DNA of 64,000 nucleotides, taken from an uncultured bacterium (GTDB lineage Bacteria > Chloroflexota > UBA5177 > JANWHV01). The position numbers and the translations under genes are program-made. The notes beneath the pieces were generated by a model. That model did not search any database. It was not told where the DNA came from and saw only the letters and a program-made list of their open reading frames with translations. The stretch spans positions 384,001 through 448,000 of the forward strand of contig CAVSOU010000008.1 of NCBI GenBank assembly GCA_963729625.1, read 5' to 3'. Within the stretch, counting starts at the first letter, position 1. Every line of letters begins with the position of its first letter. Positions 20,466 through 28,851 of the stretch are shown here, in pieces.

Positions 20466-20729
20466 TCAGCGGCGACCAGTGACCCTGGTCTGCGGCGGCA
20501 CGTGGTGGGATTGTTGACGCGCAAGTGATTCCACGGTGTCATCAGCTATGTGAATAACCGCAGCGGCGCTCTCCGCTGAGACCCTGGGGAAATCTTCGAG
20601 AAATTCCGCCAGTGGCTGCCCCGCGGCGAGATAGTCGAAGAGATTGCGCACGGGTACCCGAGTACCGGAAAAACATACTTCGCCGTCAAGACGCTCGGGG
20701 TCGCTGTCAATTATGGTTGAGATGTCCAT
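20466..20729 (-). CDS. DUF433-family protein (orphan antitoxin-like)
   Basis: IDSDPERLDGEVCFSGTRVPVRNLFDYL..G..L.EFLEDFP.VS. Confidence 0.88.
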   Translation of the reverse strand: MDISTIIDSDPERLDGEVCFSGTRVPVRNLFDYLAAGQPLAEFLEDFPRVSAESAAAVIHIADDTVESLARQQSHHVPPQTRVTGRR

Positions 20730-20773
20730 CTGTCCTGTCTCTCCCTATGCCGTGCAGGGTTCTATTCCAAGAT

Positions 20774-20902
20774 ACCGCGCGGCACATCGATAGTGACACA
20801 CCAGCTTCTTGTTCGGGACTGAGATGCCAAACGCTACCAGGAGCGCGACATCCGCAACGCGCTACGCCGAATCCAAGAGGCCGGTCAAGGGACGGGCGCA
20901 AA
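20774..20902 (+). repeat. 129-bp direct repeat, copy B
   Basis: Matches 18269-18397. Confidence 0.95.
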
Positions 20903-20936
20903 CCCACCACCTTCAACAGCGCGAGACGGGCAGGCT

Positions 20937-21092
20937 AGACTCCACGCGATCCGTGAGCGGAAGGGCTGGGCCTCCGAGGTGCCGGCGTGCAACAGCGTGG
21001 TCACGACGTGGCCGGCGCTCGGCAGGGCGGCGGCGCAGGCGGAGGAGCGGAAGCAGGCGCCGGTGCAAGGGACGTTTGTAGGGATGGGGTAA
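20937..21092 (+). pseudogene. Relic copy of the 3' end of the DUF1156 methylase
   Basis: RLHAIRERKGWASEVPACNSVVTTWPALGRAAAQAEERKQAPVQGTFVGMG* vs RLYVICERKGWASEALAYNSLVTTWSALGRTAAQAEERKRAPVQGTLQGMA* (16265-16420); same length. Confidence 0.93.
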
Positions 21093-21156
21093 GACTCGGA
21101 CGAATAGTCCGCATCATATTTCCTGATATCGGGCTTGCGGAGTCTGGGGTGTTACA

Positions 21157-22410
21157 ATGCCGTCAAAAGCGTCGCAAGAACCGGAGGATCTCAAGATGGC
21201 GCCGGCTAAGCAGATCACGCGCCTCGTGCTCGAAAACTACAAGAGCATTGCCGGATGCGACGTGCGGCTGCAGGCGCTTACGCTCCTGGTCGGACGGAAC
21301 GGCGCCGGGAAGTCCAACTTCCTCGATAGCCTCCGGTTTGTGAACGACGTGCTCTTGAGCGGATTTCAGCAGCCGATAGCCGAGCGTGGTGGAATCGAAG
21401 AGCTGATGTGCCACGCCCCGGGCATGCTGCGAACTGGGCTGAGGCGTGAGTTGGCCGTCGGACTGGAAATGCGGTTAGGCGACAAGACCGACGTGCAGTT
21501 CTCCTTCAAGTTGGTGTCTCGCTCACCGGGCAGCTACGTACTTGACCGGGAAGAGTGCACGATCGACGAGCACAGGGACGGGCATCTGCCGGTCCACTAC
21601 CGCAACGAGATGGGTAAGGTCGACACGAACGTCACCCTTGCAGCAGGCCTCCGGCTGCTTCCAGATCGGCTGTACCTACAGGGTGCGGCTGGGCTGGACC
21701 AGTTTCAGTCTGTCTACGACGCGCTGACTCACGCGCGCTCCTACCGCGTGGATCCCGCTGCTATGCGCATCCCTCGCACATTCGCTGCAAGCAATGAGCT
21801 AGCAACCGATGCTTCGAATATTGCGAGTGTTCTGTGGCAGTTACAGCAAACAGATCGCCTGCTACTGGATCGCATCGAGAGATATCTGGAAGCCATCGTG
21901 CCGGGTCTGCACAGCATCGAGATCAAACAGATAGGCTCATTTCTTATACCTCACTTCCGCACAGCGACCGACGACGGAAGAAGAACCACAGAGTTCCCGA
22001 TCGCCAGTATGTCTGACGGTACTCTCAGATCCCTGGCCCTCCTGGTCGCGCTCCTGGCCGGCGTAGAGTCCGATGCGAACCGCGGGCGCAGTCTCATCCT
22101 GCTCGAGGAGCCGGAGACCGCATTACACCCAGGCGCTACCAGAGTGCTGCTGGATGCGATGTCTGAGGCCAGCGAACACTCGCAAGTAGTAGTCACGACG
22201 CACAGCCCGGACCTTCTCGACCAGAAAGACATCCCCGGAGATTCCGTCCTCGCGGTCGAAGCCGAGGAGGGAGTCACGAGGATCGGCCCGATCGACGAGG
22301 TAGGACGTTCGGCCATGCGCGACCGGCTGTTCACAGCTGGCGAGCTCTTGCGAACCGCGGGCCTGCACCCCACTGGCGCCGAGGCGCCGAGGCAGGCGGA
22401 GCCAGCCTAG
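21157..22410 (+). CDS. ABC-type ATPase (AAA_21/AAA_15 family, defence-associated)
   Basis: LENYKSI, Walker A GRNGAGKSN, signature MSDGT, Walker B LLEEPE..LHP, VTTHSP. Confidence 0.92.
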   Translation: MPSKASQEPEDLKMAPAKQITRLVLENYKSIAGCDVRLQALTLLVGRNGAGKSNFLDSLRFVNDVLLSGFQQPIAERGGIEELMCHAPGMLRTGLRRELAVGLEMRLGDKTDVQFSFKLVSRSPGSYVLDREECTIDEHRDGHLPVHYRNEMGKVDTNVTLAAGLRLLPDRLYLQGAAGLDQFQSVYDALTHARSYRVDPAAMRIPRTFAASNELATDASNIASVLWQLQQTDRLLLDRIERYLEAIVPGLHSIEIKQIGSFLIPHFRTATDDGRRTTEFPIASMSDGTLRSLALLVALLAGVESDANRGRSLILLEEPETALHPGATRVLLDAMSEASEHSQVVVTTHSPDLLDQKDIPGDSVLAVEAEEGVTRIGPIDEVGRSAMRDRLFTAGELLRTAGLHPTGAEAPRQAEPA

Positions 22411-23028
22411 ATGAGCGAATGGGCCAGGCCTGTGTGCATTGCCTGCATCGTTGAGGGCGCTGGCGAGGCAGAGGCAGTCCCGGAGCTCGTGCGCCGAATC
22501 GCGCACCATCTGGAGCCGCCGGTTACGGTGGACCCCGTCCTGTCCCAACGCATCTCCAGGAGCAGACTGGCCGGAAAGCCTCCATACCTGGAGAGGGCAA
22601 TCGAATTCGCTGCACGCAGGGCCGGGAGCGGCGGAGCAATTCTGTTGGTTCTGGATGCAGACGACGACTGTCCTAAGACTCTTGCGCCATCACTGCTCGA
22701 GCGGGCACGCGCCGTGAGAGGCGATATGCGGGTAGCGGTAGTGCTGGCCAAGTGCGAGTACGAAGCCTGGTTCCTTGCCGCCGCCTCCTCCTTGCGCGGG
22801 CAGCATGGGCTGGCAGCAGATCTGGTGCCGCCTGCTGAGCCCGAGGCCGTCAGGGACGCAAAGGGCTGGCTTACCAGACACATGCCGATCGGGGCTCCAT
22901 ACAAGGAAACGCTCCATCAGCTGCAGCTCACTCGATACTTCGATCTGGCGCTAGCGCGATCGGCCGGCTCGTTTGACAAGCTCTGGCGAGATATCCAGGT
23001 ATTGGTCGGCGCTGTAAACCAGAGCTGA
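22411..23028 (+). CDS. DUF4276-like TOPRIM-fold protein (putative nuclease partner)
   Basis: IVEGAGE, LVLDADDDCP, EYEAWFLA, SFDKL; abuts the ATPase stop. Confidence 0.8.
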   Translation: MSEWARPVCIACIVEGAGEAEAVPELVRRIAHHLEPPVTVDPVLSQRISRSRLAGKPPYLERAIEFAARRAGSGGAILLVLDADDDCPKTLAPSLLERARAVRGDMRVAVVLAKCEYEAWFLAAASSLRGQHGLAADLVPPAEPEAVRDAKGWLTRHMPIGAPYKETLHQLQLTRYFDLALARSAGSFDKLWRDIQVLVGAVNQS

Positions 23029-23066
23029 TGTTCGACTTCCGGACCCAGCTGTCGGATGTAGAGTAG

Positions 23067-23179
23067 ATGGCGACACCGCATTTCTTCCCGGGCCGTGCAG
23101 CGACCGTCAGCAGCAAGGGTGATTCATGTGGCTACTGAAGGATGCGCTTCGCCCTCATATCGAGCGCGAGCATGTGGCG
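23067..23179 (+). pseudogene. Second relic of the DUF499 5' start
   Basis: ATGGCGACA (MAT) followed by LLKDALRPHIEREH vs LLKDALRPYIEREY. Confidence 0.8.
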
Positions 23180-23282
23180 CGGTTGCCGACGAACCGGCCA
23201 GGCGGCAGTACCGTTGAGACAAGCACCGGGCTGCATGACCGTACTCAGCACAAATGTCTGCCGATCCTTGGCTTTTCGTGTA

Positions 23283-23350
23283 GGCAGGACGGCGGCGCAG
23301 GCGGAGGGGCGGAAGCGGGCGCCGGCGCAGGGCACGATGGCGGAGTTGGG
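23283..23350 (+). pseudogene. Second relic of the DUF1156 3' end
   Basis: GRTAAQAEGRKRAPAQGTM vs GRTAAQAEERKRAPVQGTL. Confidence 0.88.
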
Positions 23351-23399
23351 ATCGCCGCTGCTGGAGGTCTGGCTTCTAACCGGCTTATTACACCCCAGA

Positions 23400-23445
23400 T
23401 TGACACCTTACGGTTACAAGCATAGCATGTAACCGTAAGGTGTCA
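23400..23445 (+). promoter_or_regulatory. hipBA promoter within an 18-bp perfect inverted-repeat operator
   Basis: TTGACA-17bp-TAGCAT; arms TGACACCTTACGGTTACA (23401-23418) and TGTAACCGTAAGGTGTCA (23428-23445). Confidence 0.85.
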
Positions 23446-23456
23446 GGGGAGATCGC

Positions 23457-23738
23457 ATGAGGATCGGGTCCATACGAGACATGGCGGCGGCTATGCGAGG
23501 CCGTCGCACGGACCTCGGGCTGAGCCAGGCAGCGTTGGCTCGACGCGCGCGCGTTTCTCGCAAGTGGATCAGTGAATTTGAAGCAGGCAAACCGACTGCC
23601 GAGCTTGGCCTGGTGATTCGCGTGTTGGATGAGCTTGGCATTGTGCTCGACTTGAACAGCGGCGAAGAGGCAGCGCCGTCCGGGGCTGCGAAGCGGGTGG
23701 ATCTCGATGCTCTCCTCGATGAGCAGCGCGTCAGATGA
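23457..23738 (+). CDS. hipB: HipB-like XRE HTH antitoxin
   Basis: RRTDLGLSQAALARRARVSRKWISEFEAGKPTAEL; ATGA overlap with hipA. Confidence 0.88.
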   Translation: MRIGSIRDMAAAMRGRRTDLGLSQAALARRARVSRKWISEFEAGKPTAELGLVIRVLDELGIVLDLNSGEEAAPSGAAKRVDLDALLDEQRVR

Positions 23739-25015
23739 CCGATTCGCTCATCGTGGTCCTCGACAACGCTATCGCCGGCGTACTGACCCGCCTGTCTGGA
23801 GGCAAGCTTCGCTTCGACTACCACGACGACTATCGTGGCCGACCGAGCTCTACGCCTCTCTCGATCTCCATGCCGGTCCAGGTGCGCTCCCATCCCGACC
23901 GCGTTGTCACCCCATGGCTGTGGGGTCTGCTCCCCGACAACGAAGCGGTACTCGCACGCTGGGCGCGACAATTCCAGGCCTCGGCATCGTCCCCATTCTC
24001 ATTGCTGGCCACTCCCATCGGACATGACTGTGCGGGGGCAGTACGTTTCGTCACGCCGGATGCCGTCGACCAGCTGGCGGACCGGCCCGGCGACGTCACC
24101 TGGCTCACGGAGGATGAGGTAGCACAGCGCCTGCGGGAGCTGCGAGAGGACGGCACGACCTGGTTGGGTCGCTCGTACACGGGACAATTCAGCCTGGCGG
24201 GCGCGCAGGCCAAGACCGCGCTCTTATTGCAAAATGGCCGCTGGGGAGAACCCTCCGGCCGCACTGCAACCAGTCACATTCTCAAGCCTGCCGTGGCCGG
24301 TCTCGACGACCATGACCTCAATGAGCACATCTGCCTTGATGCAGCGCATAGGGCCGGCCTTCTCGTGGTTCGGACGCATGTCGCGCGTTTCGGCGAAGAG
24401 ACGGCAATCGTCGTGGACCGTTACGACCGGCGGGGCCTCGACGGCGGCGTGATCCGCATTCATCAAGAAGACCTCTGCCAGGCACTTGGCATTCTTCCAT
24501 CGCGCAAGTATCAAAACGAAGGCGGCCCTGGGCCGATGGATATAGCGAGAGTCTTTCGTCAGGCCATGCCGTACCGCGCCGCCGTCGACGCGGTCTGGCG
24601 ATTCGTCGAGGCGCTCGCCTGGAACTGGCTGATTGCCGGCACGGATGCGCACGCAAAGAACTATTCACTGCTCTTGGCCGCCGACCAGATTCGTCTGGCT
24701 CCCCTCTATGACATCGCATCTGCTCTTCCCTATGGCATGCACGAGAAGAAGCTTCGGTTCGCGATGAAGATAGGGGGCGATTACCGCGTATTCCCGCATC
24801 GCAATACGTGGAGAGAAGCTGCACTCGAGCTCGATATCGATGCCGACGAGACAGTCGCGCGGGTCGAGACCCTTGCGGCGCGCGCACCGGATGCCTTCGC
24901 GGCCGCGGCCTCATCCCACGACATCGTCTCTCTGAAGCGTGACTTGCCTGGACGGCTGGTCGACCTCGTCGCTGCCCGTGCCGCTCGATGTGTTCAACTT
25001 CTTCGCGCGACTTGA
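23735..25015 (+). CDS. hipA: HipA-family Ser/Thr kinase toxin
   Basis: GLLPDN, DCAGAV, SLAGAQAK, RIHQEDLCQALG, GTDAHAKNYS, LAPLYDI. Confidence 0.95.
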   Translation: MTDSLIVVLDNAIAGVLTRLSGGKLRFDYHDDYRGRPSSTPLSISMPVQVRSHPDRVVTPWLWGLLPDNEAVLARWARQFQASASSPFSLLATPIGHDCAGAVRFVTPDAVDQLADRPGDVTWLTEDEVAQRLRELREDGTTWLGRSYTGQFSLAGAQAKTALLLQNGRWGEPSGRTATSHILKPAVAGLDDHDLNEHICLDAAHRAGLLVVRTHVARFGEETAIVVDRYDRRGLDGGVIRIHQEDLCQALGILPSRKYQNEGGPGPMDIARVFRQAMPYRAAVDAVWRFVEALAWNWLIAGTDAHAKNYSLLLAADQIRLAPLYDIASALPYGMHEKKLRFAMKIGGDYRVFPHRNTWREAALELDIDADETVARVETLAARAPDAFAAAASSHDIVSLKRDLPGRLVDLVAARAARCVQLLRAT

Positions 25016-25029
25016 ATGGTGCATCCGGC

Positions 25030-25345
25030 AAGTTCGCCGGACCTTGAAGCGCCCGTGTGTGTCGTTTCACCGCGCCGCTGCTGCCACGATATACTCGATT
25101 ACCGCGGCGCCTTTCACGCCGCGCTATCCGAATGGGGTAGCAATTCCGGTGGGCGAAGCCGGCCGGACCCGAGCCGGCGTCATCCTCTGCCACCAGGTCC
25201 GTACGATCTCGCTTGCGCGTAGAGGCAACTCACTCACCCCGATCGGTTATCTCACCGATCCGGATCTGCGGAACAAGGTGCGTGGCGCACTGGCACGGCA
25301 GCTGGGGCTCGACATCCCGTCAAGCGCTGACGGCGCAACGGGGCG
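25030..25345 (+). pseudogene. PemK/MazF-family toxin remnant lacking its N-terminus
   Basis: P.GV.IP.GEAG...GVILCHQVRTISL.R....IGYL....L..V..AL..LGL. Confidence 0.7.
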
Positions 25346-25509
25346 CCGCGTCTTCGAGATCCGCAGGGTGTCTACCCGTTGCCTGTGGTTCCGGCTTGCC
25401 GGTCCGTTCGCAGGCTACCTGCCCTACTCGTTGGGTGTAGAGTATAAGGCGATAACAGAACGCTTCTCACGCCGCAGACCGGCGCCGCGCACGAAAGGCG
25501 GAGGGTGAA

Positions 25510-28500
25510 TTGGCTACATCGAACTACGAACGTGTTGGCCGAACGCTCGAGTTGCTGAAGGACGCGCTCCGCCCCTACATCGAGCGCGAGTACGAGGCGA
25601 AGTACGGGCCGAGCTGGATGGGGCAAGCCGCGCAGGTGCTGCGCAACGATCGCAGCCTGACGGTCGAGGAGGGCCAGCCGCATCTGGACGTGCAGGCGCT
25701 CCTCAACCTGATGACCTACCAGTGGAACGAGGTGTTCGCCGGTACGCTCGGCCAGGCGGAGCGCAGCCTGGCCTTCGAGCTGCGCGACATCCGCAATCGC
25801 TGGGCGCACCAGCACGCGTTCAGCAGCGACGACACCTACCGCGCGATGGATACCGCGCACCGCCTGCTCACGGCGATCTCCGCACCCGATGAAGCGCGTG
25901 AAGTGGACCGGCAACGCCAGGAGATCCTGCGCGTCCGTTTCGCCGAGCAGGAGCGCAGCGAGGTGCGCCGCGTGACCAGGCAGACCACCGAAGGCACGCC
26001 GCTAGCCGGACTGAAGCCCTGGCGCGAAGTGATCACGCCGCATCGCGACGTGGCCAGCGGCCGCTACCAGCAGGCGGAATTCGCCGCCGACCTCGGCCAG
26101 GTCTATCGCGACGAGGGATCGGACGAGTACCGGGACCCGCGTGAATTCTTCCGGCGTACCTACGTGACCGAGGGCCTGCACCACCTGCTGACCGGCGCCC
26201 TGCTACGGCTGACCGGCGCCGGCGGAGACCCGGTGATCGAGCTGCAGACGAACTTCGGCGGCGGCAAGACTCACTCCATGCTGGCGCTGTTTCACCTGTT
26301 CTCCGGCACGCCCGCCGGCGATCTGGCCGGTATCGAGGCGGTTCTGCGCGAGACCGGCGGATTTCAACCGCCAAAGGCGCGGCGAGCCGTGCTCGTGGGC
26401 ACCGCGCTCTCGCCGTCCCAGCCGCACACCACGCCGGAAGGCCTGACCGTTCGCACGCTGTGGGGCGAGCTGGCCTATCAGCTGCTCGGCGTCGAAGGCT
26501 ACGCATTGGTCGCCGCAGCCGACGCCGAGAGCGTGAGCCCCGGATCCGACGCCCTGCGCGAGCTGTTCAGCAAAGCCGCGCCCTGCCTGATCTTGATCGA
26601 CGAGTGGGTGGCCTATGTCCGCCAGCTCTATCACGTGCAACATCTGCCGGCCGGCTCTTTCGAGGCCAATCTTACGTTCGCTCAGGCGTTGACCGAAGCG
26701 GCGAAGGCGGCGCCCAAGACACTCGTGGTGGCCAGTATTCCGGCGTCAAACATCGAGATCGGCGGCGAAGGCGGGCAGGCGGCCCTCGAGCGCATCAAGA
26801 ACACTTTTGGGCGCGTGGAATCGGCGTGGCGGCCTGCGACCGCGGAGGAGGGCTTCGAGATCGTGCGCCGCCGCCTCTTCCAGCCGATCGACGATCCGGC
26901 GCGTTTCGCGGCGCGCGACGCGGTGGTGAGCGCGTTTGCCAACCTCTACCGCGACCAGGCGCAGGAGTTTCCGGTTGCGGCGCGCGAGGGCGCCTATCGC
27001 CGCCGCCTGGAAGCGGCCTACCCCATCCATCCCGAGCTGTTCGACCGCCTGTACAACGACTGGTCCGCGCTCGACAAGTTCCAGCGCACCCGCGGCGTGC
27101 TGCGCCTGATGGCGGCGGTGATCCACGAGCTATGGGAGCGGCAGGATGGCAGCCTGTTGATCATGCCGGGTAATCTGCCGATCGACGCCCAGCCGGTGCA
27201 ACGCGAGCTGACCCATTATCTGGACGACAACTGGCTGCCGGTAATCGAGAAGGATGTCGACGGGCCGCACTCGCTGCCGCTGACGATCGATCGCGAGAAC
27301 ACCAATCTCGGCCGCTACTCCGCCTGCCGCCGCGTGGCACGCACCCTGTTCATGGGCTCAGCGCCCACTCTTCGAGGCGCCAACAAGGGGCTCGACGACC
27401 GCAGCATCAAGCTCGGCTGTGCCCAGCCCGGCGAGGCGGTGCCCACGTTTGGCGACGCGCTGCGCCGGTTGACCGACGCGGCGACCTTCCTCTTCGTCGA
27501 CGGCACACGCTACTGGCTCTCTACCCAGCCGAGCGTGAACCGTCTGGCGCAGGACCGCGCGGCCCAGCAGCCGATCGACAGGGTATGGCTGGAATTGCGC
27601 ACGCGACTGAAGGCGAACAAAGACGAGCGCGGCCTCTTCGCGGCAGTGCACCCAACGCCGGCCGGCAGTCTCGACATACCGGACGAGCCGGCTGCGCGCC
27701 TGGTGATCCTCGATCCCGAGAAGGTTCACAGTTTGCGCGCCACTGATAGCGATGCGTTGAAGACCGCGGCGAACTGGCTCGACCACCACGGAAACGGCGC
27801 CCGCAACTTCCGCAACATGGTGGTCTTCCTGGCACCCGACAAGGCGCGGCGAGATGACCTCGAAGTGGCGGTTCGCCAGTACCTGGCCTGGCAGTCCATC
27901 GCTTCCGAGAGCCAGACGCTGAATCTCGATCCCTTTTCACTCGGCCAGGCCCAGACCAGGCTCAGGGAAGCGAACGGCGCCGTCGACGCGCGCATCAAGG
28001 AGACCTACTTCTGGCTGCTGGCGCCCGCACAGCCCGACCCGCTCGGCCCGGTCGAGTGGCTGGAGCTGCGGCTGCAGGGCCAGGAAGCGCTGGCCGTGCG
28101 GGCCGGGAACAAGCTGAAGAACGAGGGACTGCTGATCGTCGAGCTCGGCGGCGTGCCGCTGCGCATGGAGCTGGACAAATACCTCTGGCGTGACAGGGAT
28201 TATCTGTCGATCAAGCAGCTGTGGGACTATTTCGCTCGCTACATCTACCTGTCTCGGCTCAAGGACCAACAGGTGCTGCTTGGCGCGATCAAGCAGGGTG
28301 TCGGTACCCTGGCCGGCGATACCTTTGCCTATGCCCAGAGCTTTGACGGAGCGACCGGACGGTACCTGGGACTGGCGACCAATCAAATCGTGAGTCCTAT
28401 CCTGGATGGTTCCAGCGTGATCGTCAAGCCCGCTGCCGCACAGCGCCAGATCGACGCCGACGGGGCAGCCGAGCAGGCGAAGAAGGCGCGACAGCCGGAG

Positions 28501-28851
28501 CCTGGGGGCAGCTACGGTGTGCCCACGGAGCCACCGCAGCCTGCCAACGGCGTGCGGGAGTCCGGCGCCGCCCTGGCCGAACGTCCCGCGGCAGCGCCGG
28601 CCGAGCGCGCACGGACGCCGCGCCGCTACCACGGCAGCGTGGAGACCGGGTCGCAGCGATTGGGCGTGTTCGCCGGGAACATCGCCAACGAGATCGTGCA
28701 GCACCTCGCGTTGCTGCCAGGCGCTGAGGTGACGATCACGATCGAGATCCAAGCGACCGTGCCGGACGGCGTGCCCGACAACGTGGTGCGCACCGTGGCC
28801 GAGAACAGCCGGACGCTGCACTTCAGCTCCAGCAGCTTCGAGGAAGAGTAA
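25510..28851 (+). CDS. Swt1-like HEPN plus DUF499 AAA+ ATPase (BrxC-related)
   Basis: HEPN RNRWAH; LKPWREVITPH.DV..EFAADL; Walker A TNFGGGKTHS; LILIDEW; FQRTRGVLR; TTG start after GGAGG. Confidence 0.95.
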   Translation: MATSNYERVGRTLELLKDALRPYIEREYEAKYGPSWMGQAAQVLRNDRSLTVEEGQPHLDVQALLNLMTYQWNEVFAGTLGQAERSLAFELRDIRNRWAHQHAFSSDDTYRAMDTAHRLLTAISAPDEAREVDRQRQEILRVRFAEQERSEVRRVTRQTTEGTPLAGLKPWREVITPHRDVASGRYQQAEFAADLGQVYRDEGSDEYRDPREFFRRTYVTEGLHHLLTGALLRLTGAGGDPVIELQTNFGGGKTHSMLALFHLFSGTPAGDLAGIEAVLRETGGFQPPKARRAVLVGTALSPSQPHTTPEGLTVRTLWGELAYQLLGVEGYALVAAADAESVSPGSDALRELFSKAAPCLILIDEWVAYVRQLYHVQHLPAGSFEANLTFAQALTEAAKAAPKTLVVASIPASNIEIGGEGGQAALERIKNTFGRVESAWRPATAEEGFEIVRRRLFQPIDDPARFAARDAVVSAFANLYRDQAQEFPVAAREGAYRRRLEAAYPIHPELFDRLYNDWSALDKFQRTRGVLRLMAAVIHELWERQDGSLLIMPGNLPIDAQPVQRELTHYLDDNWLPVIEKDVDGPHSLPLTIDRENTNLGRYSACRRVARTLFMGSAPTLRGANKGLDDRSIKLGCAQPGEAVPTFGDALRRLTDAATFLFVDGTRYWLSTQPSVNRLAQDRAAQQPIDRVWLELRTRLKANKDERGLFAAVHPTPAGSLDIPDEPAARLVILDPEKVHSLRATDSDALKTAANWLDHHGNGARNFRNMVVFLAPDKARRDDLEVAVRQYLAWQSIASESQTLNLDPFSLGQAQTRLREANGAVDARIKETYFWLLAPAQPDPLGPVEWLELRLQGQEALAVRAGNKLKNEGLLIVELGGVPLRMELDKYLWRDRDYLSIKQLWDYFARYIYLSRLKDQQVLLGAIKQGVGTLAGDTFAYAQSFDGATGRYLGLATNQIVSPILDGSSVIVKPAAAQRQIDADGAAEQAKKARQPEPGGSYGVPTEPPQPANGVRESGAALAERPAAAPAERARTPRRYHGSVETGSQRLGVFAGNIANEIVQHLALLPGAEVTITIEIQATVPDGVPDNVVRTVAENSRTLHFSSSSFEEE

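Noticed and set aside
18269-20902. IS or composite transposon bounded by the 129-bp repeats
   Set aside because: No transposase, terminal inverted repeats or target-site duplication; better explained by duplication plus deletion.
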